Shown here: one piece after another, positions 25,653 through 38,268 of the stretch
Layout: each line of letters starts with the position of its first letter
How positions within the stretch are numbered: the stretch's first letter is position 1
The notes under the pieces: model-generated
Databases searched by the model: none
What the model was told of the DNA's origin: nothing
Seen by the model: the letters and a program-made list of their open reading frames with translations, nothing else
Position numbers and translations under genes: made by a program
Origin: Macrostomum lignano
Taxonomy: Eukaryota
Direction: 5' to 3'
Assembly: GCA_002269645.1 (NCBI GenBank)
Contig: NIVC01003053.1
Span: 58,979-122,978, forward strand
Length of the DNA stretch: 64,000 nt

Positions 25653-27002
25653 ATCTCTCCCGGCGAACTTCAGAACGAGTTGCAAAGGTTGAACCATCGA
25701 CTGAAGGTACCTGGACTCGAGAACACTGGTGAGCTCCTCCATGTATGTACTTTTCTTACTGTAGGGCCACAAAACCCACAAAACACCCCTCATGGGACCA
25801 ATGTTGTCACAGACATTCAGTCTAATACGCAGCATCCCATTGAGATTAGTGACAGTCTTCAGAGCAGTCAGGTGACACAACAGATTGGGTACTGCAGCCT
25901 TGCTGTGGATGAAGTGTCCTGGGACTCATGCGAGTTCAATGAGGAACCAAGCATGCTTAGCCACCGAGAAATGACGGCGAGCAATGAACCACCGTCTCCG
26001 CCTATTGTAGCGCTATCACAAGAGCAAGATGTCCAAAATCAGGGTCAAGCTGCTTGCGCTCAAGAGCTTGACACGGGAATGGTCTGTGACCAGACATTCC
26101 CACCTGAGCAAAGCAACAGAGCTACCAGTGAAGACATCGCATGCTCTGTACATGTACCTCCCTCACTTCCTAGTAGTGCTAATCCAGACGAGTCGCAGGG
26201 TCGGGCTGCCTGTGCTCAGGAGCTCGACACGGGGGTGGTCTGCGATCAGACATCCCCACCTGCTACCGGCAGCATCAGTGCAGGTGCTAGCCTAGACAGT
26301 GCTCAATCACCGATCTTTTTGACACCCTCGAACGAAACTGCTGAGATGCATTCGCAGTCCACAGAGGCCACAGAAACCGACGCACATGCGGTCGACTCCA
26401 GCCTTGATGAGGGTCAGCCTGACCAACTCGAGCAGTCTTCGGACCCAGCACCAACCGCACCGCCATCTACTGTGGTGATCCACAAAGGTCCCAAGAAGAA
26501 TTGGAAATTGTCCTCCGTGGTTAAACAGACAGTAGTGATTGGAGATGAAACCCTGTCTCAGCCAGCAGCGGTGCACCCGGAGATCCAATTCGAAATTTTT
26601 CCTAACTTAAGAGCTGAAAACTTAGTCAAGCTACTTCGCGAACAGGCAGCCAACCCCGTGTCGAACGTTAAGAGTGTGATCCTGTTCCCATGGGGCCAGG
26701 ACCTTCAAAGACAATTTGAAGGCGTTATCGACAAGCAGCTGACCACAATCTTCAATCATTGTGGTAGAGCCTTTCCCAAAGCCAATGTCTATACGGCCGA
26801 TCAGGTAGTTGCTCCCGATGCACCTGACAACCTCCAACAAGCAGCGGAAAAAGTAAACCGCCACCTCCGCACTCTCAACAAGAGCAACCATATTGCTTTG
26901 GCAGCAGGTAGTCTATCCTTCTGTCCCAACCATATCACAATGTCGAACGAGTCCTCTTCGAAAGCGTTCTGCATTGCATACAATAAAGTCCAAAAAAACT
27001 AG
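25653..27002 (+). CDS. PLE ORF1 (5'-truncated): low-complexity region with internal repeat, then SGNH-like domain
   Basis: Open in frame from 25653; repeat QG(Q/R)AACAQELDTG(M/V)VCDQT; IHKGPK...VVIGDETL...FEIFPNL resembles SGNH block I/II. Confidence 0.7.
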   Translation: MSPGELQNELQRLNHRLKVPGLENTGELLHVCTFLTVGPQNPQNTPHGTNVVTDIQSNTQHPIEISDSLQSSQVTQQIGYCSLAVDEVSWDSCEFNEEPSMLSHREMTASNEPPSPPIVALSQEQDVQNQGQAACAQELDTGMVCDQTFPPEQSNRATSEDIACSVHVPPSLPSSANPDESQGRAACAQELDTGVVCDQTSPPATGSISAGASLDSAQSPIFLTPSNETAEMHSQSTEATETDAHAVDSSLDEGQPDQLEQSSDPAPTAPPSTVVIHKGPKKNWKLSSVVKQTVVIGDETLSQPAAVHPEIQFEIFPNLRAENLVKLLREQAANPVSNVKSVILFPWGQDLQRQFEGVIDKQLTTIFNHCGRAFPKANVYTADQVVAPDAPDNLQQAAEKVNRHLRTLNKSNHIALAAGSLSFCPNHITMSNESSSKAFCIAYNKVQKN

Positions 27003-29239
27003 ACAGGACAGAGACTGCTAGCAGCAGCTCTGTGCTCAACCTATCTAGTGTCACTCTGTCTGAAAGCGAAACTCAAGTTTTAGAAATGGGGAAAAACTTC
27101 GTGCCAGCCCCTTTACGGATAGGTTCTGAACTTCTTTTCGAGTCCGTCAGGAACTTCAAACAGCGAATCGCGCTGAACTCCCTTCTCCAGCGCCGAACCT
27201 GTGCTTTCACTCTGCACGCAACAGGACGCGCCTCAATTCCTAACATCAATCTGGATAAGTGGCAGTCACACAAAGACCTCTTTGATGCGCTGGACAAAGT
27301 CAAAATCCCAGATGTCATTTCCAACAAACCAAATTTGCCACAGGACCTTCGACAGGCACTGCAAAGTCTCCGCAACAACAAAAGTATCGTCATTAAGCCT
27401 GCCGACAAAGGCAGTAGCCTGGTAGTCTTAAACCGCGAGGATTACATAGCAGAAGCCAGCAGACAACTTTCTAATTCCAGCTTCTATAAACCGATTGATT
27501 CGGCTTCAAGAATCCAAACCGCTCCTCGAATCAAAAAAATCTTTCAACATTTGAGAGACGAAAAGGTCATCAATAATCACCAATATTCCCAGCTGGTTCC
27601 ACCTGCGGAGCCGAGGGATAGGATTTTCTATCTACTTCCGAAAATTCACAAGGATCCGGAGACTTGGCCAACCCGTGGAATCCCTCCAGGCCGACCCATT
27701 GTCTCTGACTGCAACTCCGAAAGTTACATGAGTGCCAGGTTCATCGATCTCTATCTGCAGCCTATTGCCAAGGAACAGAACTCCTTCATTAGAGACACTG
27801 ATCACTTTCAAGCAGCTATTCATGACTTGACGTACGACAAAGAAGAGAGCGTCTTCCTGGTCACAATGGATGTCGAATCCTTGTACACGAACATACCTAC
27901 GGAGAAGGGGATTAAAGCTGTTAGGGAGGCTTTTCAAAACTTTCCTCAACCATCAAGACCTGACGAGAAACTACTGGAGCTCCTTGACATCAATCTGACT
28001 AAAAATGACATGGTGTTCAACGAAAAACGCTATCTGCAGGTTAAGGGCACAAGCATGGGAAAATCTTTTGCTCCATCCTATGCCAATATTTTCATGTCCG
28101 ATTGGGAGTCCAAAGCTTTGAACACAGCTCCTTTTGCCCCTCATTTTTACAAGCGCTACATTGATGATATTTTCATGACTTTCATCGGGACGGAGGCACA
28201 ACTGGAGCAGCTACACAGACATCTGAACAGCTGCGACAATAACATACGCCTCACAATGCAATACAGTAGAGATAAAATCAACTTTTTGGACTGCTGTGTC
28301 TCTTTGACTAACGAAGACAACAGGAAGAGATTAACCTGCTCGATCTACTTCAAACCCACGGATTCCCGCCAATTACTGAACCCGAATTCTTTTCACCCAA
28401 AGCACACATTCAAAGGCATCATGAAATCCCAGTTTCTCCGCTACGCTCGCCGCTGCACCTTCAAAGAGGACTTTGACAAGGCTAGCAGCAGCCTGATGAG
28501 CATCCTTAAAAAGCAGGGACACTCGGTCCGCTTGATCCGAGACGCTAAAAAGTCAGCTCTCATACAACTTGGACTTTACATAGATTTTCAGTGGGCTTTC
28601 GGCTTTCAAGACTGCAGAAACCGAGACTGTGCTGTATGCCGACGACACGGCTGCTTTGGCCAAGTTTGTCCCGGTTCCACAGCAACTAAAATGGCCTACA
28701 GAATTTGCCAGAAGGTCCGCTGTGACTCCAGGTGCGCGGTCTACGCAATTCTTTGCAACACCTGCAATGGCCGTTGCATTTATGTCGGCGAAACAGGTGG
28801 AGCTATCAAGGTCAGACTCCAGGCCCACCTAAGTGACATTAGGCTCGCTAAGGACACCCCTGTTAGCAGACATTTTTGCTCTCCGAATCACTGCCTCGAC
28901 GATCTTCGCTTCATGGGGCTCTGGTATCTCAGCACCGAGAGCGAGACCAGCAAAGAAGGAGCGCTACGCAGACGCAGGGTCATGGAACAGAAACTCATCT
29001 CCCTGCTGAGCACGCAGTCACCTGCAGGCCTCAATACAATTAACAGCAACACAAGCGCTTGTATCCCAATAGTTATTCCTTTTACGGATAGATCGACTAA
29101 TATTGTACACGAAATTCGCACTGTTCTCTCAAACCATGCACATGGGTTGGACACTGTAGCTGCGTACACTCGAGCACCCTCTCTAAAGGACATTCTTTGC
29201 CCCTCAAAACTGCCTGCCCTCACTGATGGTATTGATTAA
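26996..29239 (+). CDS. PLE reverse transcriptase + GIY-YIG endonuclease (ORF2, -1 frame relative to ORF1)
   Basis: PADKGS, YLLPKIHK, GRPIVS, DVESLYTNIP, GTSMG..APSYANIFM, RYIDD, INFLD, YFKPTD; CAVYAILCNTC..IYVGETG..RLQAH..PVSRHF; no internal stops. Confidence 0.95.
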   Translation, partial: KLDRTETASSSSVLNLSSVTLSESETQVLEMGKNFVPAPLRIGSELLFESVRNFKQRIALNSLLQRRTCAFTLHATGRASIPNINLDKWQSHKDLFDALDKVKIPDVISNKPNLPQDLRQALQSLRNNKSIVIKPADKGSSLVVLNREDYIAEASRQLSNSSFYKPIDSASRIQTAPRIKKIFQHLRDEKVINNHQYSQLVPPAEPRDRIFYLLPKIHKDPETWPTRGIPPGRPIVSDCNSESYMSARFIDLYLQPIAKEQNSFIRDTDHFQAAIHDLTYDKEESVFLVTMDVESLYTNIPTEKGIKAVREAFQNFPQPSRPDEKLLELLDINLTKNDMVFNEKRYLQVKGTSMGKSFAPSYANIFMSDWESKALNTAPFAPHFYKRYIDDIFMTFIGTEAQLEQLHRHLNSCDNNIRLTMQYSRDKINFLDCCVSLTNEDNRKRLTCSIYFKPTDSRQLLNPNSFHPKHTFKGIMKSQFLRYARRCTFKEDFDKASSSLMSILKKQGHSVRLIRDAKKSALIQLGLYIDFQWAFGFQDCRNRDCAVCRRHGCFGQVCPGSTATKMAYRICQKVRCDSRCAVYAILCNTCNGRCIYVGETGGAIKVRLQAHLSDIRLAKDTPVSRHFCSPNHCLDDLRFMGLWYLSTESETSKEGALRRRRVMEQKLISLLSTQSPAGLNTINSNTSACIPIVIPFTDRSTNIVHEIRTVLSNHAHGLDTVAAYTRAPSLKDILCPSKLPALTDGID

Positions 29240-29374
29240 ACTTTCAGAGTGAGCACTATTGAGCAACGTGCGACGGAGACGCTATTTGATTTTATAAACT
29301 AACTCACAATACATTTTATTTCCCACTTACAATATCAACTTCGTTCCATTTTATAGCACAATTATACTATTGTA

Positions 29375-29415
29375 AAACCCTGACGAAGGCCAATTCACGG
29401 CCGAAATATCGGTTT
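29375..29415 (+). ncRNA. Minimal type I hammerhead ribozyme in the PLE 3' region
   Basis: AAACC-CTGACGA-A-GGCC-aattcac-GGCC-GAAA-TATC/GGTTT: stem I AAACC:GGTTT, stem II GGCC:GGCC, predicted cleavage after C29410. Confidence 0.85.
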
Positions 29416-29513
29416 ACCATAATTCTTATATTTTTTGACCTTTGTGACTATCTTATTTATTTCTCAGTTACCTTGGTTAGAGCTGCCACTGCGTGAGAGG
29501 TTTTTTTTAAACG

Positions 29514-31861
<2,348 letters not shown>

Positions 31862-32864
31862 TGCGCTAGCAGTAGACTCGGAAAATACAGCTAGTGAAAG
31901 TTACGTCGATGTCTTCTGGATACTCTTTGGATCCATTACGCTTGAGTTAAGCTTTGGTGCCAGCTTTAGTGGCTTGTCCTTTTCCAACTCGAACAGCTCT
32001 CGGATATTCCCGAATTCAGCTACAATGAACTCGCCATGGTCCCTTAGATTCAGTTGGTTGATAAAGAACTGGCTCTCCAGGACGGGAAGCTCAATAATTT
32101 TCCTTTTTTGAAAGTTGTTATAGATGTTTTTTATTGTGTGAGTTGGATCGAATAGCAGAATATATCTTCTTGTCCACGTCGTAAGGATGAGTAATCCACG
32201 TTCGGAGAATGCCGCCACAAAGCTTGTGGATGAAAAAAGCTCGATTAGCAGAATGGTTATCGACTAGGATAGTGACAACGTTGAGATTGGTGCGCTGGTC
32301 CATCTGGTAAGACAATCGATTGCGTCTTCAATCAACTTAATGTCTTCATTTCGATCGGTTATATTCGAAGTCGTCCAAGCTTTAACTTGGGCAAACAGAT
32401 TTTGAATTTGCGAAAATAGCCGAACTTGACAGTCGTCCAAAAATTGAGCCAGTCTCTTCTGCTGCACCGGCAGTCCTTTGACACTTGCAGAAACGGTCAA
32501 TTCGTTGCGAATGTGCGGAGAGCAGAGTAGCTCAGGGACATCTTCACTGTCTACACAAACAAGAAGAAATGCAATGCTGGCTGTTTTTGCCACAACAATA
32601 AAGTCGGCGGGTATCAGGTTGCACTCAAGCTGCACTTTGGTGTCGGCAAGCGAGGCAATTTCATCCTGACTGAGGAACTCCGCAGCTGCATTTTCCATTC
32701 GGTCTTGCTCATTCTGGTGCCTCCGCTCTGCTGTTGTTCTCGCCGTTCGACATTGGGTAGCTGGCGACTGCAGTCGTTCAGGAAGTTGAGAAAATACAGT
32801 CGGATCAGCGTCACTTTTTAGTCAGCGTTTAACTTAGCACTTCGGTTACAAATGAAACACTGGG

Positions 32865-33045
32865 GTTATCAACGAGACACTGATCGATTACAGATGAGAC
32901 ACTAATCGATTGCAGATGAGACACTAATCGATTGCAGATGAGACACTAATCGATTGCAGATGAGACACTAATCGATTGCAGATGAGACACTGGGGTTCCA
33001 GGTGAGACACTGGGATTCCAGGTGAGACACTAGGATTCCAGGTAT
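32865..33045. repeat. Short 20-22-bp array (GATGAGACACTAATCGATTGCA), partly the reverse complement of the 35645-36722 satellite
   Basis: GATGAGACACTGGGGTTCCAGG is the reverse complement of CCTGGAACCCCAGTGTCTCATC. Confidence 0.8.
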
Positions 33046-33568
33046 GTTCGTAACCACGTTGCAGGTGAGACAATGATGGTCCATTTGAAAAAAAATACTT
33101 TTTAATCAGACCACAAAATGAAAGATACATTGATTTTTGTTCTATTTTTACGCTCATAAAGACATAAATGTACTCGTACATATCTAACTGAATGTACGAA
33201 ATTAAGGGAGGACTCGAGAAGCGAGAACTAATAATTGATAACGTTGTTATATTTTATTTTATAGCTTTTTCAGGGAAATTCTTACCGCATTAAGTCACTG
33301 CTAATTAAAATAGAAAAGTAGAAAATAGTTAAATAAAAAATTTATAATGTTAATTATATATCATGATCTTACAATAAAAGGATGCGGCCAATGTAAAGCA
33401 ATACAAACTGCGTCACATTTAAAAGTTTTGACAGCAATAGCATTATTGTAATCTTTCCGGGGTAATCATAGTTTATTGTTGGTTCTAGCATGAAGAGGTT
33501 ATTAGGCATTCCTCAATGCTGGTTTTATGCTTCATCTAAATATAACTGTTGCGTACCACTTTTACGAT

Positions 33569-34743
33569 CTACAGAAGTACACAATACTTTTTGGCAGCTG
33601 GTTTGATAGCATCAGCCAAATCTTGGTGCAGCTTACATATCTGCGTCTCCTGACCTTTGATCTTCCCTTCCAGCGCCTTTATTTTCTCTTCTAGTAGTTG
33701 CTTGCTTATTTTATATTTCAGTTGCTTGTAATCTTCCTTCAGTTCTCTCAGCTCCTTCTTTGCCTTCCGCAGACTTGCCAACAGAGCTGGACCATTGGCC
33801 TTTGCATAGCGCAGTTGAGCTTCTTTAAACAGAGCATTGGTGTAGCACTCGCCTTTGTTCTTGCTCCTGACACTGTCTAACATGAGCACAAACTCAGTTA
33901 GCTTGCTGCGTCCCAAGTTGTGGCAGTCCACGATCAACCACCTGACCCCGACTTTAGTCAGAATCGTGTCAAGGTTTGAAACCTGCTGCCTGGCTATTTT
34001 CAGCTGACTTTCAAAAGCAGCCTGCCCACCTCTTAGGGCTACGTCTCCGTGGGTAAAGACGCAGATTGCGTGGTCCCAGAACTTGTCGCCGAACAGACTT
34101 TGCAGTTGGTCCACCGCCTTGGACTCTTCTTTGGTGAAGCGACTATCAGCTCGTAGCACGATCACAAAGGCTGTCACACCGCCAGGATTGAGGCTGATTG
34201 CTTTGCAGATCCCGTCTAGAGCTTGCTCGTTGTTGACATTATCTAGTACCCCTGGAGTGTCGATGATGTTGACCGGGCGCTCTTGGATTATTCCCTGAAT
34301 TTAATTAGTGATAATTCTTATTTAGAATCTCGACTCGTATAGAGCGCTTTAGTCAAATGTCAAAAGTATGTTTAAGCGGGACCCACCTCCTCTAGTCTTG
34401 GTTCATGTTCCTGACAGGAGACGAAACCAGATTTCACTTGGAATGGAGCTTCAGCTGATTCGTTGCACCCTAGCAACGCGTTGCCAAGGGAACTTTTGCC
34501 ATTGCCAGTTTTGCCTAGCAGCATCAGAGTCAGCGGGACCTGAGACTGAAATGTTGGTAGGAAATTTCACTTCATCTTCACACTGATCTTAAGAGCTAAA
34601 GACGCATGTTATGGCAAAAATTTACAAGAAGAAACGTCCTGCATTTCACGAATGAACTGAAAACTTACCCTCTCTAAACCGGCTTCTTTCAGCGGTCCCC
34701 GAATCGTGGATAGTTCCGACACATAAGGCCGGGAGGAAGCCAT
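33569..34743 (-). CDS. AIG1/GIMAP-family GTPase A, 317 aa, C-terminal coiled coil and CaaX (CVLL)
   Basis: Exons 34743-34669, 34539-34387, 34294-33569, all phase 0; G1 GKTGNGKS, G3 IDTPG, G4 VFTHGD. Confidence 0.92.
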
Positions 34744-35644
34744 ATAGTCTGAGGTTTGGCCTGAATACCAAGGTAAAAATTTTAAGAAGAGAATAAGGTA
34801 TGATTCTGTTTTAAGCCCGGAGTCGTGCTTTTTACTCACCGTGCATTCCTTACATCCTGTAAAAAAAAACTTTTTGAGAAAAATTTTGTCCACTATGGTC
34901 GCATTCTATTCGTCTGAGCGGAGACGTGTTGAAATACGTTAAGCTGTAAAATGGCGAGGGGAGAGACGAGAGTACACTGGAAATCATCTTTAGCTGTCTG
35001 CATCAATTTGCATTGTGTTAGTGGTAAATTCTAGCTATTTTGTATCAGCTATGCAGCGCGCAGAGGGTTGCGCAAAGACGCAAGTCTATCGCAATAGCCC
35101 TGCCGTGCTATGTAGAGATGGTCAGTCAGTCAGCAGCTCCACACTGAACTCTGTTGCACTTTTCACAGTGGCAGGCCAAGTATGCTCATTAACCAGCAGC
35201 AGTAGAAACTGTAAAATTTCTTAAAGTTGGCTAGACTGACAGTATAAGCATTGAACAAGTGTGAGACTGAGAACGCTAGGTCACTTCTGTCGAATATGAG
35301 TCATAGTAATTTATGCTAACAATATTTATGAAGGAAGATCTAAGAGTGTCTGCGATAGTTAAAATCCATCGTTTACACACAGCTATTGATCGCGATTATA
35401 ATAAGAAATAATAATGTGCTTTTCTACATTTTCTTCACAGCTTATACAAAAAGCGAGCGTCACAGCTGGTGCATGTCTCTGAGCATTGGCGCGAACATAG
35501 GAACGAACGGTCGCTTGTACGAACCCGGCTGGCGCGGCGATACAGTGCCGCATTGATGACTCGCTCGTTGCCAATTTTGATTTTGAGCTTTGCGGTAGTT
35601 TAAAGTGCGCTAGTTGAGTGTTTCATCCAGAAACCAAGCCTCAC

Positions 35645-36722
35645 CTGGAACCCCAGTGTCTTATCTGTAACTCCAGTGTCTCATCTGTAACCCCAGTGTC
35701 TCATCTGTAACTCCAGTGTCTCATCTATAACCCCAGTGCCCCATCTATAACCCCAGTGTCCCATCTGTAACCCCAGTGTCCCATCTGTAACCCCAGTGTC
35801 TCATCTGTAACCCCAGTGTCCCATCTGTAACCCCAGTGTCTTATCTGTAACTCCAGTGTCTCATCTATAACCCCAGTGCCCCATCTATAACCCCAGTGTC
35901 CCATCTGTAACCCCAGTGTCTCATCTGTAACCCCAGTGTCTCATCTGTAACCCCAGTGTCTCATCTGTAACCCCAGTGTCTCATCTATAACCCCAGTGTC
36001 CCATCTGTAACCCCAGTGCCCCATCTATAACCCCAGTGTCCCATCTGTAACCCCAGTGTCCCATCTGTAACCCCAGTGTCTCATCTGTAACCCCAGTGTC
36101 CCATCTGTAACCCCAGTGTCTTATCTGTAACTCCAGTGTCTCATCTATAACCCCAGTGCCCCATCTATAACCCCAGTGTCCCATCTGTAACCCCAGTGTC
36201 TCATCTGTAACCCCAGTGTCTCATCTGTAACCCCAGTGTCTCATCTGTAACCCCAGTGTCTCATCTATAACCCCAATGTCTCATCTGTAACCCCAGTGTC
36301 CCATCTGTAACCCCAGTGTCTCATCTGTAACCCCAGTGTCTCATCTGTAACCCCAGTGTCTCATCTATAACCCCAATGTCTCATCTGTAACCCCAGTGTC
36401 CCATCTGTAACCCCAGTGTCTCATCTGTAACCCCAGTGTCTCATCTATAACCCCAGTGCCCCATCTATAACCCCAATGTCTCATCTGTAACCCCAGTGTC
36501 TCATCTGTAACCCCAGTGTCTCATCTGTAACCCCAGTGTCTCATCTGTAACCCCAGTGTCTCATCTATAACCCCAATGTCTCATCTGTAACCCCAGTGTC
36601 CCATCTGTAACCCCAGTGTCTTATCTGTAACTCCAGTGTCTCATCTATAACCCCAGTGCCCCATCTATAACCCCAGTGTCCCATCTGTAACCCCAGTGTC
36701 TCATCTGTAACCCCAGTCTCAT
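35645..36722. repeat. 20-bp minisatellite (CCCCAGTGTCTCATCTGTAA)n
   Basis: Direct reading. Confidence 0.97.
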
Positions 36723-36931
36723 CTAATGTTACAAATGATAACGTTCTCATGCTTAGATTGTTTTAAAATTTCAATTAGTTTGCTGTAAGCGATAGCTTAC
36801 TGATAGTAAAGCTATTTGAACATGGCGCGAATTCCTCACATGGTGGACTAGAAAATGTCGCCATGTGCAAGGGCGCATAAATAGCAGTTCCACTCAGTTG
36901 GCTAGAGGTGGAGCCGACCTCGTGTGGCTAT

Positions 36932-36974
36932 GACTGACTGACGAGGGCAAACAAGCCCGAAACCGGTCTCAGTC
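36932..36974 (+). ncRNA. Minimal type I hammerhead ribozyme, retrozyme copy 1
   Basis: GACTGA-CTGACGA-GGGC-aaacaa-GCCC-GAAA-CCGGTC/TCAGTC; 6-bp stem I, 4-bp stem II, palindromic ACCGGT stem III, GUC cleavage triplet. Confidence 0.92.
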
Positions 36975-37321
36975 TGTCCCGCATGGTTCGATTCCCACTT
37001 TTAGCCGCTGATATCTGGTTCCCTGCAGAGAGCGTACCCGCTGGCCACCCACAGGGTGAGAGCCGAAAAAAATGTGCGCACAAGACGTACAAGTGTACCC
37101 TCCGGCCGCCTAAAAATAGAAGGGCCGAGAAGGGAGAACTGGCAGGAGTGCCAGTCTTTGAAAAGCGGGAAGATGTAAGCGATAGCTTACTGATAGTAAA
37201 GCTATTTGAACATGGCGCGAATTCCTCACATGGTGGACTAGAAAATGTCGCCATGTGCAAGGGCGCATAAATAGCAGTTCCACTCAGTTGGCTAGAGGTG
37301 GAGCCGACCTCGTGTGGCTAT

Positions 37322-37364
37322 GACTGACTGACGAGGGCAAACAAGCCCGAAACCGGTCTCAGTC
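37322..37364 (+). ncRNA. Minimal type I hammerhead ribozyme, retrozyme copy 2
   Basis: Identical to 36932-36974, 390 nt downstream. Confidence 0.92.
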
Positions 37365-38268
37365 TGCCCCGCATGGTTCGATTCCCACTTCAGCCGCTGA
37401 TATTTGCGATTCAGGTCCGTGAAATGTTTTTATGTCGGCTAACGACATCGGCGGTATTTTTTTCTATTTGCTCCAACAGATGAAGACTTTATGCGTCGGC
37501 TGAACATCGTTGCACAGGCCATCTGCTGCGCCAGCCGGCCATCATTACCGTCGGGCCAGATGCCCACGAAGGGGTCGAAAGTCCTGATGTGCAAAACTTT
37601 TTCTGCGTCTTAAATTAGGAATCAATTCTGAAGATTTTCGCGAAGGATATTGATGCAATAATAATATCAATCACCATGTTTTCTTGAAAATGAAATATTG
37701 GCAAAATTTACTTTTGAATATAGTTAAGTGAAGTTAAGTTAAGTTACAGAGAGGATTTATTTTGTCTATTCATTCATTCTTCAGGAGTCTGAAACTACCA
37801 GGACATTAATAGTTTTACGCAAGAAACCAGATAACAAATACAAAAGATTATGTTTTTAATGAGCTACAGTGGACGTAGTGTTAACTTTTTCCCACACTTG
37901 AATATGCAATATTGAAATGATAAGAAATTATATATTTTTAACTCGACGAAGTATATTATTTGCGTAAGTTATAAAAATTATCAGTCTTTAGCGACTCGCA
38001 AAATGAAATGGCGCGAGAGAAAGTAAACTTTTATTTTTCACAATCGCATATAAATACTGCGCGACAGAGAGGCATGGGGAGGTGCGCATAGTCCGTGCCA
38101 GACCCTGCGGCTTAGCGCGCCGGCCGTCTGGGTGCACCCACCCCCCGGGCAGGGTGAGTCAGGCCGATTGAGTGCAGGTGCACTGCCCGCGCCTACAGCG
38201 GGCTGGTCTGGCCGCCACAAGTCAAAGTTTCAGTATGGACAACAAAGCTTTAGTCGTGTAGCAGTAGA

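Larger units (their letters stand above)
25652..29513 (+). mobile_element. Penelope-like retroelement (Naiad/Neptune-type architecture), 5'-truncated
   Basis: ORF1 open from the junction to TAG 27002; RT+GIY-YIG ORF2; 3' hammerhead ribozyme; 3' end abuts (TCTA)n. Confidence 0.93.
36784..37403 (+). mobile_element. Tandem 390-bp SINE-like retrozyme (~1.6 units): tRNA-like A/B boxes flanking a hammerhead ribozyme
   Basis: 36784-~37013 repeats at 37174-~37403; CTCAGTTGGCTAGAG (D-arm/A-box-like); B box GGTTCGATTCC at 36985 and 37375. Confidence 0.88.

Noticed and set aside
27032-29239. Selenoprotein-type PLE (UGA recoding)
   Set aside because: ORF2 has no in-frame TGA
38050-38225. GC-rich structured-looking stretch (also 61420-61570) as a possible HDV-like ribozyme
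   Set aside because: Could not fit the nested double-pseudoknot by eye; no second copy
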